Source: Desulfobacter sp. (GTDB lineage: Bacteria > Desulfobacterota > Desulfobacteria > Desulfobacterales > Desulfobacteraceae). From it: 62,227 bases of DNA. Below the pieces are notes generated by a model that worked only from the letters and a program-made list of their open reading frames with translations, made no database searches and had not been told where the DNA came from. Shown here piece after piece: positions 1 to 10,916 of this stretch; within the stretch, counting starts at the first letter, position 1, and every line of letters begins with the position of its first letter. Both the position numbers and the translations under genes were made by a program. The stretch spans positions 1-62,227 of the forward strand of contig JAQYWJ010000001.1 in assembly GCA_030145005.1 (NCBI GenBank). The letters are read 5' to 3'.

Positions 1-1653
1 CACCCCCATGCACACGCACAGATCTTTGTCTTTTGGAAAATGGGACAGACCTTTGTCAAGAAAAGCCATGGCCTTGGGGAAATTTTTTTGCTTCTGGTAA
101 ATCATGGCAAGCCCCTGGAACGCTCTATGGCAGGGATAAAACTGCAACGCCTTTTCAAACAGATTCACTGCCATCTGCTCAGCATTTCTGACCCGGTCAT
201 CCCGGGCATATTCTCCATGGGAAAAGGTCATGGCAAGCCTTGATAAAAAATCAGCATGCAAGGGAGCAGAGGCTTTATCCGGATGAAGGGTAATGCGGTT
301 GACAAAATCTTCAAGGTGGTCAAAAAAAGCCTGCCTGAGCCGGTCCCCCCATCCCTTAACCCGGGCAAAGTCCATATTAGGATCTAGTTCCCACCAGGGT
401 AAATCTTCAATGTTTTTTTGCCAGACACCATCATGGGTCCATCCTTTCTGTAATGCCCGGTTATACAAGGCTGTACCGGGAAAGGTGACCAGCATGTAGA
501 ACACCGTGCTCAGCGGACCTAAGCGGATCATAAGATCAATGCTGTCCTGAATAGTGGCATCCGTCTCTCCCGGCGAGCCATAGATAAAATAGGCCCGAGG
601 CAGGATTCCGGCGGCACGCACCTTTTCAAAGGCGGCCACGCAGGTGTCATTGTCAATGGGTTTGCCAAGGATCTTTTTGATGGGCTCAGCCCCGGATTCA
701 ATGCCGAAGCTGATCTGTATACATCCGGCCCGGCGCATGGGGCCCAGTATGCTCTCATCAATATAATCCACCCGGGAGATGGCATTCCAGGTGATGCCAA
801 GATCTGCCCGGATAATTTTTTCGCATAATTCCCTGACTGCATCACAATCCATGGTAAAGGTGTCGTCACTGATGAAAAAATGGGTTACACCTTTTTGGGC
901 AAGCGCCTTTATCTCTTCAAAAAGCCATTGGGGTGAGTGGCGGCGGACAAGGGACGTGCTCCAGAACTTTGGAGAGCCGCAAAAGGTGCATTTCCCGGGG
1001 CAGCCCCTGGACATGGCCAGGTGCTGGTAAGTGAAATACCGGGACGGGTGGGGCAGGGTGTCCAGATCCTTTATTAATTCACTTGGGCCTGTGTCATAAA
1101 GCTTTGGTCCGTTGCGGAAAACAATGCCGGGAATTTGGCTAAGGTCTTGTACCAGATCAGCTCGGATGACCTTGTCCTGGTGGATGGTGCCAAAACGGGT
1201 TTTTACTTTTTTTGCAGCACTGACCAATTTTGCCGTACTGATTTCTCCTTCGCCTTTCACAATTACATCCAGGGCCGGGCAGGCGCCAAACAGGAAGTCT
1301 GCCATAAAAGTGGCTCCGGGTCCTCCAAAGACAATGAGGGTGTCGGGCAGGATCTGCCGGGCCTTGTCTGCACATGCCATGGCATTAATCCGGGTGGGAC
1401 TGGTGACTGAAAATCCGATGATATCAGGCTTTTCCTGCATGATGGATTGGGTGAACAAGGCAAGTGCCTTCTTTTCCGATCCCTTTTCCGACGGGTTGGC
1501 CGGGCCTGCCGGTGCAAGATTTAAAATACCTGATATCCAACCCTGGTCCAGAAGCCCGGACGCCAGATAATAAAGCCCGATGGGGACCTGAAGTGCATCC
1601 GGGTCCGTAACCCTTGGATCCAGGCAGGATGGATTAACAAACAGAATCTTCAC
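1..1653 (-). CDS. B12-binding domain radical SAM protein (3' end runs off window)
   Basis: Not in the ORF track (no stop within the window). Manual minus-strand translation from GTG at 1653 gives MKILFVNPSC...PDIIGFSVTS...IVFGGPGATF (cobalamin-binding domain), SRGCPGKCTFC (CxxxCxxC), FFISDDTFT, ISFGIESG and AYFIYGSPGET. Confidence 0.88.
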   Translation of the reverse strand, partial: MKILFVNPSCLDPRVTDPDALQVPIGLYYLASGLLDQGWISGILNLAPAGPANPSEKGSEKKALALFTQSIMQEKPDIIGFSVTSPTRINAMACADKARQILPDTLIVFGGPGATFMADFLFGACPALDVIVKGEGEISTAKLVSAAKKVKTRFGTIHQDKVIRADLVQDLSQIPGIVFRNGPKLYDTGPSELIKDLDTLPHPSRYFTYQHLAMSRGCPGKCTFCGSPKFWSTSLVRRHSPQWLFEEIKALAQKGVTHFFISDDTFTMDCDAVRELCEKIIRADLGITWNAISRVDYIDESILGPMRRAGCIQISFGIESGAEPIKKILGKPIDNDTCVAAFEKVRAAGILPRAYFIYGSPGETDATIQDSIDLMIRLGPLSTVFYMLVTFPGTALYNRALQKGWTHDGVWQKNIEDLPWWELDPNMDFARVKGWGDRLRQAFFDHLEDFVNRITLHPDKASAPLHADFLSRLAMTFSHGEYARDDRVRNAEQMAVNLFEKALQFYPCHRAFQGLAMIYQKQKNFPKAMAFLDKGLSHFPKDKDLCVCMGV

Positions 1654-1655
1654 AG

Positions 1656-2237
1656 TTACAAGGCTTTGAGAATCAGATCTTCAAGCTTACGCTTGGGAAC
1701 GTGGTGAACCTTATTTTCATCCCGGAAGTACCGGATATCCCCGTCGTCACCCACATCATCAATGCAAGCTTTTTCCACGGGTTTGCCAAGTGCGATGACC
1801 AGCTTGACCTCCAGGTGATCATCGATGCCAAGCAGGCTTTTAAGTTTTTTAATATTAATGGCGGCAAACATACATCCGGCCAGTCCCCTTGCCCGGGCCC
1901 CGAGCAGCATAGTCTGGGCTGCAATACCGTGGTCGCACCAGAAATTGTTTGAAATGGTGGTATCCCCCAGGATGACAATGTATCCCGTGGGCTGTTCCCC
2001 GGGTTCCGGTCCTTTCCAGTCTTTGAGATAAGCAGCCCAGGTCAGGCAGGAAAAAATCTGATCATTTTGTTCCCGGCTGCTGGAAATAATATATTTCAGG
2101 GGTTGGTTGTTGGCCCCGGAGGCGGTATACCGGGCCAGTTCCACAAGCTCGGTCAAGGTCTTGGTATCCAGGGCAAACGTATTGTCAAACCGTCTGCAGG
2201 ACCGGTTGGATTTTACCAGTTCTTTGAATTCATCCAT
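1656..2237 (-). CDS. Nitroreductase family protein
   Basis: RSCRRF, ASGANNQP, DHGIAAQTMLLGARARGLAGC and VIALGKP motifs. Confidence 0.9.
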   Translation of the reverse strand: MDEFKELVKSNRSCRRFDNTFALDTKTLTELVELARYTASGANNQPLKYIISSSREQNDQIFSCLTWAAYLKDWKGPEPGEQPTGYIVILGDTTISNNFWCDHGIAAQTMLLGARARGLAGCMFAAINIKKLKSLLGIDDHLEVKLVIALGKPVEKACIDDVGDDGDIRYFRDENKVHHVPKRKLEDLILKAL

Positions 2238-2898
2238 TGTTTTTCCCTTTGGGTGAAAGACAGCCGCCCGTTTGAGTGCTGATCCGGGACATTTGGATAT
2301 CTATCCAGTCCAGGATTTTGTCCATCTCCTGGGTGATCTCCTGCAACGCCTTTCCCCTGTGGCTGACCTTTGCCTTCTCCTCCATGGATAACTGGGCAAA
2401 GGTTTTATTCAATTCCGGGAAAAAGAACAGCGGATCATAACCAAACCCGTTGTCGCCTGCAGGTTCCCGGGTGAGTACCCCTTCGCAGCGGCCTTCATAG
2501 GTCAACGCGGCACCCGTGGGCACCGCAATGGAGATCACACATTCAAAAGCTGCTTTGCGGTTCTCTTCATTTTTCATGTCCTCCAGAAGTTTATCCACAT
2601 TGTCCTGGTCCGTGGCATTTTCTCCGGCGTAACGGGCCGAATATACGCCGGGTGCGCCGCCCAGGGCATCCACGCAAAGCCCTGAGTCGTCAGCCAGGGC
2701 TGGATATCCCAGAACTCTGGCCGTAAACGACGCCTTTTTATATGCATTGTCGTCAAAGGTCTCCCCGTCTTCTATCACCTCGGGAATGGTACCGAAATCA
2801 GACAGGTTTTTTATGTCAACCGGATAGCCTTGCAGTCTTTCTTTTAATTCCCTTGTTTTGCCTTTATTAGTCGAGGCCAGTACTAAGATCTGTTTCAC
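2230..2898 (-). CDS. rdgB: XTP/dITP diphosphatase (Ham1/RdgB)
   Basis: LASTNKGK, LADDSGL, APGVYSARYAG, GFGYDPLF and SHRGKAL motifs. Confidence 0.95.
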   Translation of the reverse strand: MKQILVLASTNKGKTRELKERLQGYPVDIKNLSDFGTIPEVIEDGETFDDNAYKKASFTARVLGYPALADDSGLCVDALGGAPGVYSARYAGENATDQDNVDKLLEDMKNEENRKAAFECVISIAVPTGAALTYEGRCEGVLTREPAGDNGFGYDPLFFFPELNKTFAQLSMEEKAKVSHRGKALQEITQEMDKILDWIDIQMSRISTQTGGCLSPKGKNNG

Positions 2899-3107
2899 CT
2901 GAAAGCTCCTTGTGCAGTATTAGTCTGTTTTTTTAATTTAAGGCTTAATATAAGTGCAGGTCAAAGGTTTGTACAGGTATCAATGAACACTTTTTTAAAT
3001 TATCCGGCAACCACATATTGTGCTTGCTTTCAAAAGCCTGAAATCAGTTTAATTGGAAATTAACCGTATTTTTTTATGCGATCCCTTCTCCCCCTTTTGT
3101 GCCGTCA

Positions 3108-3136
3108 TTGACAAGGCTATACAAAAACGCTATTTT
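3108..3136 (+). promoter_or_regulatory. Putative sigma70 promoter of the lysS-lol-bam-lpx operon
   Basis: TTGACA (3108-3113), 17 nt spacer, TATTTT (3131-3136), about 110 nt upstream of lysS. Confidence 0.6.
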
Positions 3137-3246
3137 ACCACGTTTTATTCATAGGGTTTACCGTGCCTTAAAGTTTTAAATCAAAACCAAGCGGCCCTTT
3201 TTATTTATAAATCCGGAGCTAAATATAAACGAAAGCAGCTATTTTT

Positions 3247-4725
3247 ATGGACAACAAAACAAGCAAACTTCTTGATCTTCGCAAAGAAAAGATAAACGAG
3301 CTAAAAACCGAAGGCATCAGCCTGTATCCCAATGATTTCAAACCTGATCACAGGGTTCATGAAGTAAAGAACATCATAGAAAAAAATGCGGATTCCCTGG
3401 GCGAAAACGGGCGTAAGTTCTGCCTGGCTGGTCGCATGATGGCCATTAATAAAATGGGGAAATCCTCATTTGTCAGATTCCAGGATGACGGTGAGCAGAT
3501 GCAGGTATATATCCAGAAAAACAAAGTGGGAGATGATGTATATGCTCTGTTTAAAAAACTGGATATTGGTGATTTTATCGGTGTTGAAGGCCCTTTATTC
3601 CAGACAAGAACCGGTGAATGGACCCTGCTTGCCGAAAGTTTTAAGCTTTTATCAAAGTCTGTAAGGCCGCTGCCTGAAAAATTTCACGGCATCAAGGACC
3701 CTGAAAAAAGATACCGCCGGCGGTACCTTGATCTTATCATGAATGAAAATACCCGGCAGATTTTTAAAAAACGAAGTGCCATTGTGGCTGCCATGAGACG
3801 TTTCTTTGATGAAAACGGATTCATGGAGGTGGAAACACCCATGATGCAGACATTGCCCGGCGGTGCCGAAGCTACACCGTTTAAAACCTGGCACAATGCC
3901 CTGGGTATGGAACTGTACCTGCGGATCGCACCGGAATTGTATCTGAAACGACTGGTGGTTGGCGGATTTGAAAAGGTGTTTGAAATCAACCGGAATTTTA
4001 GGAACGAAGGGGTTTCCACCCGGCATAATCCGGAGTTCACCATGGTCGAGTTCTACCAGGCCTATGCCACCTATGAAGATCTGATGGACCTGACCGAAGA
4101 GATGTTTTCCACCATTGTCACTCAGATTGCCGGGGACAGCAGCGTTGAATACCAGGGCTTGACCATTGACTTTTCAAAGGGATGGAAACGTATTTCCATG
4201 ATAGATTCCCTGTCAGAGATCGGGGGTGTTGATCCGGCCATTGTCAATGACACCCAGGCGCTGCTTGCGTACGCTGAAAAGGAAAATGTTCAAATCGCCA
4301 AAAAGGACCGGCACGGCAAAGTGCTGACTAAACTTTTTGATGCTTTTGTGGAGCCTAAGCTCATTCAGCCCACATTTATTACCGGATATCCGGTGGAAGT
4401 CTCTCCCCTGTCCAGAAAAAGCGAATCAGATTCTGAACTTACGGACCGGTTTGAATTATTCATTGCCGGAAGGGAGATCGCCAACGGATTTTCCGAAATC
4501 AATGACCCCGAAGACCAGTATAACCGTTTTGCCATGCAGGTGCGTCAGCGTGATGAGGGCAATGATGAAGCCCATATCATGGATACTGAGTATGTCCAGG
4601 CCCTGGAATACGGAATGCCGCCCACGGCAGGGCAGGGGATCGGCATTGACCGCTTTGTCATGCTGCTGACGGATGCTGCCTCCATACGAGAGGTAATTCT
4701 TTTTCCACATATGAAAAAAGCATAA
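3247..4725 (+). CDS. lysS: Lysine--tRNA ligase (class II)
   Basis: N-terminal OB fold; YLRIAPELYLKRLVVGG, FRNEG..RHNPEF and GMPPTAGQGIGIDR. Confidence 0.98.
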   Translation: MDNKTSKLLDLRKEKINELKTEGISLYPNDFKPDHRVHEVKNIIEKNADSLGENGRKFCLAGRMMAINKMGKSSFVRFQDDGEQMQVYIQKNKVGDDVYALFKKLDIGDFIGVEGPLFQTRTGEWTLLAESFKLLSKSVRPLPEKFHGIKDPEKRYRRRYLDLIMNENTRQIFKKRSAIVAAMRRFFDENGFMEVETPMMQTLPGGAEATPFKTWHNALGMELYLRIAPELYLKRLVVGGFEKVFEINRNFRNEGVSTRHNPEFTMVEFYQAYATYEDLMDLTEEMFSTIVTQIAGDSSVEYQGLTIDFSKGWKRISMIDSLSEIGGVDPAIVNDTQALLAYAEKENVQIAKKDRHGKVLTKLFDAFVEPKLIQPTFITGYPVEVSPLSRKSESDSELTDRFELFIAGREIANGFSEINDPEDQYNRFAMQVRQRDEGNDEAHIMDTEYVQALEYGMPPTAGQGIGIDRFVMLLTDAASIREVILFPHMKKA

Positions 4726-4728
4726 AAG

Positions 4729-5958
4729 GTGTCTGTGGGGGCAGAACTTTTCATAGCCGGAAAATATCTTCGGGCCAAACGCAAGGAGGGATTTATCTCT
4801 CTGATCACCCTGTTGTCCGTGGCAGGTGTTATTCTCGGCGTCATGGCACTGGTAGTGGTTATTGCCGTCATGAGCGGATCGGAAACAGAATTTAGAAACA
4901 GAATTCTTGGACTCGAACCCCATATTCTGGCCATGAACTATTCCGGCCACTTTGCTCCTGATCCGGACATGGAAGACAAGATCAGGCAGACCCCCGGGGT
5001 CACAGCCGTATCTCCCATCTTATTCGGACAAGCCATGATACGCACGGCAAACTCTTTTTCCGGCATCATTCTCAGGGGGATTGAACCGGAAAAAGGGGCC
5101 GCACTGATTAAAGGATACACGCCCGAAGACCTTGGGAACGCATTGAACAAAACAACTATCACAAAAGGCCTTCCCGGTATTATTCTTGGTCAGTCCCTGG
5201 CCCATGCCGTAGGGGTGATGGAAGGCGACCGTGTGATCCTTATGTCGGCATCGGGCATTATCTCCCCCATGGGTCAAATCCCATCCATGAAGCAGTTTGT
5301 GGTCACCGGCACCTTTAAATCCGGCATGTCTGAATATGATTCCAGCCTGGCCTACGCCCGGCTGGATCAGGTACAGGCATTGGTGTCGGCCAAAGGCAAA
5401 GTTTCGGCTTTCGGCATATGGACCGATCAGATATTCAAGGTAAAAAGTCTGAGCCAAAACGGGCTTGGTTTCATTGAATATCCGTATTATTTGCGCAACT
5501 GGATGGATATCAACCAAAGCCTCTTTTCAGCACTTAAACTTGAAAAAACCGCCATGTTTGTCATTTTAACGCTGATTATTCTTGTGGCGGCATTTAATAT
5601 TGCATCGGCACTGATTATGATGGTTATGGAAAAAACCCGTGATATTGCCGTATTAAAAGCAATGGGCGCCACAAATGCCATGATCCGCCATATCTTTATA
5701 ATCAAAGGGATGATTATCGGCATCATCGGCACGGGTATCGGGACAACGTTCGGGGTGGTGATCTGTTACATCCTTAAACGATACGAATTTATCAAGCTTC
5801 CCGAGGCATACCCTTTTGCCACCCTTCCGGTTCAACTTGAATATTCGGATGTTATTTTAACCGCAGTATCCGCCCTTTTAATCTGTTTTCTGTCCACCCT
5901 GTATCCGTCATATAAAGCGTCACGAATGAATCCGGTGGAGGCCATAAGATATGGATGA
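4729..5958 (+). CDS. lolE: Lipoprotein-releasing ABC transporter permease LolC/E
   Basis: [57 protein letters not shown]; adjacent to lolD. Confidence 0.92.
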   Translation: MSVGAELFIAGKYLRAKRKEGFISLITLLSVAGVILGVMALVVVIAVMSGSETEFRNRILGLEPHILAMNYSGHFAPDPDMEDKIRQTPGVTAVSPILFGQAMIRTANSFSGIILRGIEPEKGAALIKGYTPEDLGNALNKTTITKGLPGIILGQSLAHAVGVMEGDRVILMSASGIISPMGQIPSMKQFVVTGTFKSGMSEYDSSLAYARLDQVQALVSAKGKVSAFGIWTDQIFKVKSLSQNGLGFIEYPYYLRNWMDINQSLFSALKLEKTAMFVILTLIILVAAFNIASALIMMVMEKTRDIAVLKAMGATNAMIRHIFIIKGMIIGIIGTGIGTTFGVVICYILKRYEFIKLPEAYPFATLPVQLEYSDVILTAVSALLICFLSTLYPSYKASRMNPVEAIRYG

Positions 5959-6634
5959 CACGCCGTTGATTCAACTGAACAAAGTTTCACGGTTCTTTGT
6001 ATCCAAAACAGCTGCGCTGGACATTCTGCACAAGGCGGATTTATCCATACAACAGGGCGAAACCATTGCTATCTTGGGGGCTTCAGGTATTGGAAAATCC
6101 ACCCTGCTGAATATCATCGGCACCCTTGACAAGCCGGATGAGGGCAATCTGCTGTTCAGAGGGGAACAGATCCTGGGGTACAATGATGAAAAACTTGCCA
6201 CCTTTAGAAACAAAAATATTGGTTTTGTTTTTCAATTTCACTATTTGCTCCAGGGATTTACAGCCGTTGAAAATGTAATGTTGCCTGGGCTGATCAGTGG
6301 TCAATCTAAAAAAACTATTGAAAAACATGCAGTAAATATGCTTGAAAGGGTAGGACTTGGTGCCCGAATCAAATACAGGGTGGAAGATCTGTCCGGCGGC
6401 GAGCAACAGCGGGTGGCCATCGCAAGGGCGCTTGTTATGGCTCCGGCACTGTTGCTGGCTGATGAGCCCACCGGCAATCTTGATCAAAAGAACAGCCACG
6501 CGGTTCACCAACTCTTGAAAGAACTTAACCGGGAAATGGGAATGACTATTATCGTGGTCACCCACAATTCAGATCTGGCTGGTTTGATGGACAGGAGACT
6601 GACGTTGAAAGACGGGAAAATCGTACCGGCATAA
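5951..6634 (+). CDS. lolD: Lipoprotein-releasing ABC transporter ATP-binding subunit
   Basis: Walker [30 protein letters not shown] and ADEPTGNLD. Confidence 0.92.
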   Translation: MDDTPLIQLNKVSRFFVSKTAALDILHKADLSIQQGETIAILGASGIGKSTLLNIIGTLDKPDEGNLLFRGEQILGYNDEKLATFRNKNIGFVFQFHYLLQGFTAVENVMLPGLISGQSKKTIEKHAVNMLERVGLGARIKYRVEDLSGGEQQRVAIARALVMAPALLLADEPTGNLDQKNSHAVHQLLKELNREMGMTIIVVTHNSDLAGLMDRRLTLKDGKIVPA

Positions 6635-6674
6635 AAAGTAATAATTTATTAAAATAAATTACTTAGGGCTATCT

Positions 6675-9311
6675 ATGAAAAGTATTAAGTTCAGTGTATT
6701 GCTTGCAGCGTTTTTCTGTCTTTTGGGAACAGGCCTTTTGTCTGCCGAGGAGCGGGTCGCAGTGGCATTATTCCCCTTTCATGTCCAGGCAGAGCAGCCT
6801 GATGAGAAAATTGCGTCGGCTCTGTCAAAAATGTTGAAGGAAAAACTTGAAAAAGACGGTGCAAGAGTAATGATTAGCGACACCTTTGTTGACACAACTG
6901 ACTGGGGATACGATCAATTCCGCCAGGAGGGTATCCGTTTAGGTGTTGACTGGATCATTACCGGCGACATTTTTATAGCCGGGCAGGCTGTGAGCATTGA
7001 TTCGCAAATGCACAATGTGTATGAAAAACAGGCGCCTTTAACCTTTTTTTCACAATCTCCTAGTCTTTCAGAATTGTATGCAGGGGCAACTTCCCTGGAA
7101 AAAGATATTATAGGCGAATTGTTTCAGCAAAAAATCATTTCAGCCATTACCATCAAAGGCAATGTGCGTGTTGATGCAGATGCCATTCAGAGGGTCATCT
7201 CATCCCAAAAAGGCGATCTTCTAGATCGCACCGCTTTAGGCAATGATTTGAACAGCGTTTATAAAATGGGTTATTTTGATGATGTGGTCATCAAAAAACA
7301 AAATATGGACAAAGGGGTTGAGGTTATTTTTGAAGTCCAGGAAAAATCCAGCGTCCGTAATATCCGTTTTGAAAACAATCATATTTATGAAGAACAAGAA
7401 TTATTTGAGGTTGTCGGGACATCAACCGGGTCCATTCTCAATGTATATAAGCTGAACAATGATGTGGATAAACTCAAACATCTGTATTATGAAAAAAATT
7501 ATCATAACTGCCGGATTTCCTATGACATCAAACCATTGAAAAACCATCAGGCCGATATTATCTTCAATATTGAAGAAGGTGAAAAAGTAAAAATTACTGC
7601 CGTTGAGTTTGAAGGCAATAAATATTTTGACGATGATGATATCAAAGATGAGATGCAGACCCAGGAAGAGGGCTTCTGGTCATTTATAACATCCTCGGGA
7701 GAACTTGACGAAACGGAACTTGATAATGATGTGCTTCGATTAGAAGCCTTTTATAAGAACAACGGATTTATAAATGTCAAAGTATCTGATCCTGTAGTGA
7801 ATATGGGAACAGAAGAGATTACCATCCAGTTTAAAATTGATGAGGGAGATCAATATAAAAATGGCGTGGTTAGTATCAAAGGAGACATTCTTACCACCGA
7901 AGAAGAGCTTTTAGCGCTTCTGGTTTCCCAAAAATCTGAATTGTATAACAGGGAACTTGTCCGCAAGGATATGATTACCCTTAACGATTTTTATGCCAAC
8001 CGGGGTTATGCCAATGTCAGGGTAACTCCAAAGGCGGATAAGAATGACGCGGAAGCAATTGTAAATATAAGCTTTGTCATTGATAAGGGGCCGCTTGTTT
8101 ACTTTAACCGGATCATTATTACCGGCAACGAAAAAACCAGGGACAAGGTTATCCGAAGAGAACTTGCCATTGAGGAGCAAGGTCTTTACAGCATGAAAAA
8201 AATTCAGCGCTCCAACAGGAACCTTGTATTCAAAGACTATTTCCAGAATATCAACATTAAACCGGTTAAAACCAAAGAAGAAAATAAGCTGGACGTTCAG
8301 ATAAACGTTGAAGAAAAACCCACTGGAAATTTTTCTTTTGGCGGCGGTTTCTCCAGTGATGACGGTGCCTTTGGCCAATGTTCCGTTGAAGAGCGTAACC
8401 TTTTCGGCAAAGGGCAGACAGGCAAATTCACCATTCGGATGTCCGGAGAAAAGGCGTTGTATAATATCGGATTCACCGAACCCTGGCTGTTTGACAGACC
8501 AATTTCAGCTGGGTTTGATATATATAAACTTGAAAATGAATACGATTATTATGACAAAGATGCCATGGGGCTCACCCTGCGCGGTGCCTCCCGCCGATTC
8601 TGGGATTACACAACCATTGGCCTGGTTTACAATATTGAGAAGTTTGATATCGAAGATGTGGAATCCGATTCTACATCGGTTAGTGAAGGCTCTTATCTTA
8701 CCTCAAGTATTATGCCCTATATCAGTTATGATTCAAGAAATCATAATTTTTTACCCACAAAGGGCATATACCACAAACTGTCCATTGAGTATGCGGGTGA
8801 ATTTTTAGGCGGTGAGATTGATTTTACCAAATATCTGGTGGAATCAGCTGTATTTTTTCCTTTGTTCTGGAAATTTTCAGCCGGTATCTACGTCAAGGGC
8901 GGGTATCTTGATGACAGAACCGATGGGGATCCGGATATAGACTGGGAACGCTTCTATCTTGGCGGTATCAATTCCATCAGAGGGTTTGACAATACTGACA
9001 TCAACGGTACCAGAGACGGCTCCGCCATTGAGGTTGGCGGTGAGACATATTGCCAGTTCAATATTGAAATGATGTTTCCCATTGCAGAGGAACAGGCGGT
9101 TTACGGCATCTTTTTCTATGATAGAGGCGATGTATATAACGACGGTGAAACTATTGATTTTGGCGATCAGTATTCCAGTTCAGGCTTTGAACTTAGATGG
9201 AATTCCCCCATGGGTCCCATCAGATTGGCCTATGGTATTGTTATAGACGGTAAAGATGTTAAGAGTTCCGGTGATGGTCAGTTTGACTTTTCAATTGGTG
9301 CATTTTTCTAA
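6675..9311 (+). CDS. bamA: Outer membrane protein assembly factor BamA
   Basis: Signal peptide, POTRA repeats (GNEKTRDKVIRRE), IRGF motif, SPMGPIRLAYG and C-terminal FSIGAFF. Confidence 0.96.
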   Translation: MKSIKFSVLLAAFFCLLGTGLLSAEERVAVALFPFHVQAEQPDEKIASALSKMLKEKLEKDGARVMISDTFVDTTDWGYDQFRQEGIRLGVDWIITGDIFIAGQAVSIDSQMHNVYEKQAPLTFFSQSPSLSELYAGATSLEKDIIGELFQQKIISAITIKGNVRVDADAIQRVISSQKGDLLDRTALGNDLNSVYKMGYFDDVVIKKQNMDKGVEVIFEVQEKSSVRNIRFENNHIYEEQELFEVVGTSTGSILNVYKLNNDVDKLKHLYYEKNYHNCRISYDIKPLKNHQADIIFNIEEGEKVKITAVEFEGNKYFDDDDIKDEMQTQEEGFWSFITSSGELDETELDNDVLRLEAFYKNNGFINVKVSDPVVNMGTEEITIQFKIDEGDQYKNGVVSIKGDILTTEEELLALLVSQKSELYNRELVRKDMITLNDFYANRGYANVRVTPKADKNDAEAIVNISFVIDKGPLVYFNRIIITGNEKTRDKVIRRELAIEEQGLYSMKKIQRSNRNLVFKDYFQNINIKPVKTKEENKLDVQINVEEKPTGNFSFGGGFSSDDGAFGQCSVEERNLFGKGQTGKFTIRMSGEKALYNIGFTEPWLFDRPISAGFDIYKLENEYDYYDKDAMGLTLRGASRRFWDYTTIGLVYNIEKFDIEDVESDSTSVSEGSYLTSSIMPYISYDSRNHNFLPTKGIYHKLSIEYAGEFLGGEIDFTKYLVESAVFFPLFWKFSAGIYVKGGYLDDRTDGDPDIDWERFYLGGINSIRGFDNTDINGTRDGSAIEVGGETYCQFNIEMMFPIAEEQAVYGIFFYDRGDVYNDGETIDFGDQYSSSGFELRWNSPMGPIRLAYGIVIDGKDVKSSGDGQFDFSIGAFF

Positions 9312-9341
9312 AAAATTAAAATTTTATCTTCGGAGGCATAA

Positions 9342-9875
9342 ATGAAAAAAAGCATTATAGTTCCGGCAGTTTTGATTATTGCCGCAATGTTCACTTGCAG
9401 CGCGTTTGCAGCTGATGCGGCTAAAATAGGTGTGGTCAGTTTTGAAAAAATAATAAAAGAATCCAGTGCCGGCAAAGTGATGCAAAAAGACCTCAAGGCT
9501 AAACTTGATGAACTTCAGGCAAAACTTCAGGCTGAGGAAAAGAGAGTTAAAGATATGTCAGCGGCTTTAGAGCGTGAAGCCCTTGTGCTCAGTGCTGAAA
9601 AAAAACTTGAGCGTCAAAGGGAACTGCGGGATAATGCGGATGACTTAAAAAAAATGAACGCTGATTATACCCAGGAAATGAAGATTCTGCAAAACAAGCG
9701 GATGAACCAAATACAAAAAGATGTTTTTGACATCGCCAACAAAGTAGGAAAGGCACAAGGGTATCTTTTGATCTTTGAAAAAAAAGTCGCCGGTGTTATC
9801 TATGCTGCAGATAAGGTGGATATCACTGATGAGGTAATCAAAGAATATAATTCAATATACGCTAAGAAAAAATAA
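9342..9875 (+). CDS. skp: Periplasmic chaperone Skp/OmpH
   Basis: Signal peptide, KIGVVS, long helical hairpin and DITDEVIK; lies between bamA and lpxD. Confidence 0.92.
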   Translation: MKKSIIVPAVLIIAAMFTCSAFAADAAKIGVVSFEKIIKESSAGKVMQKDLKAKLDELQAKLQAEEKRVKDMSAALEREALVLSAEKKLERQRELRDNADDLKKMNADYTQEMKILQNKRMNQIQKDVFDIANKVGKAQGYLLIFEKKVAGVIYAADKVDITDEVIKEYNSIYAKKK

Positions 9876-9878
9876 TTC

Positions 9879-10916
9879 ATGCTTACAGCAGACCAAATAG
9901 CTGCTATGGTAAATGCCCGGATACATGGGGATCCGGGCACAATCATTTCCGGGGTATCATCCTTTGACGATGCAGGGCCCAGGGATTTGACTTTTGCGGT
10001 GGATCACTCTTTTTTCTCCCGGCTGAATGAAACAAAGGCCGGGATCATCCTTGTTCCCAATGAAGCCCCTGCGGTTTCGGGCATAACACTTCTTTACAGC
10101 GATAATCCGAAACTTGCTTTTTTTAAGGTTGTGGCGCACTTGATGCCTGCAGAGCCGTTAAAGGAATTTATTCACCCTTCAGTTGTTATTGCAGACGACT
10201 GCACTATTGGTGACGGCACACGCATTGAGGCCCATGTCAGCATAGGGCAAGGCTGCACCATTGGCAGTCATGTTCACATCATGGCCAATACGGTGATCGG
10301 AAAGCAATGCCGGATCAATGATTCCTGCCGGATCAGCCCCAATGTCACCCTGGCAGATAAAACGCGAATCGGCAGGCAGTCCATTGTTCATCCCAATTCA
10401 GTCATCGGCTCTGACGGGTTTGGGTTTGTCCAGGACGGACACGCCCATACCAAGCTGGTACATACAGGGTTCGTCCATATCGGTGATTGCTGTGAAATCG
10501 GTGCCTGCAATACCATTGACAGGGGAACTTTAGGCATAACCCGCATCGGCAACGGCGTTAAAACGGACAATCAGGTCCACATCGCCCACAATGTTAAAAT
10601 CGGAGACAATACACTGGTGGTGGCCCAGGTGGGTATTGCCGGGAGCACCACCATCGGCAGAGACGTAATTATTGCAGGTAAAGCCGGTATTTCCGGCCAC
10701 CTGAATATAGGAGACGGAGCCATTGTCGGCCCCTATGCCGGCGTCACCGGAAATGTTCCCCCGGGCAATATCGTTTCAGGCATCCCCCACATGCCCCATA
10801 AAATCTGGCTGAAAGTATCCCGTATCATACCCCGGCTACCCAGTTTAAGAACACGACTGCTTTCCCTTGAAAAACGAATAAAAAAGCTGGAAAGCAACCG
10901 GACGGAGCAACCATGA
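9879..10916 (+). CDS. lpxD: UDP-3-O-(3-hydroxymyristoyl)glucosamine N-acyltransferase
   Basis: Hexapeptide repeats; IGSDGFGF, TIDRG and KTDNQVHIAHNV. Confidence 0.96.
   Translation: MLTADQIAAMVNARIHGDPGTIISGVSSFDDAGPRDLTFAVDHSFFSRLNETKAGIILVPNEAPAVSGITLLYSDNPKLAFFKVVAHLMPAEPLKEFIHPSVVIADDCTIGDGTRIEAHVSIGQGCTIGSHVHIMANTVIGKQCRINDSCRISPNVTLADKTRIGRQSIVHPNSVIGSDGFGFVQDGHAHTKLVHTGFVHIGDCCEIGACNTIDRGTLGITRIGNGVKTDNQVHIAHNVKIGDNTLVVAQVGIAGSTTIGRDVIIAGKAGISGHLNIGDGAIVGPYAGVTGNVPPGNIVSGIPHMPHKIWLKVSRIIPRLPSLRTRLLSLEKRIKKLESNRTEQP

Noticed and set aside
40-1570. Short ORFs listed in the track over 40-1570
   Set aside because: Shadow frames of the minus-strand radical SAM gene (1-1653).
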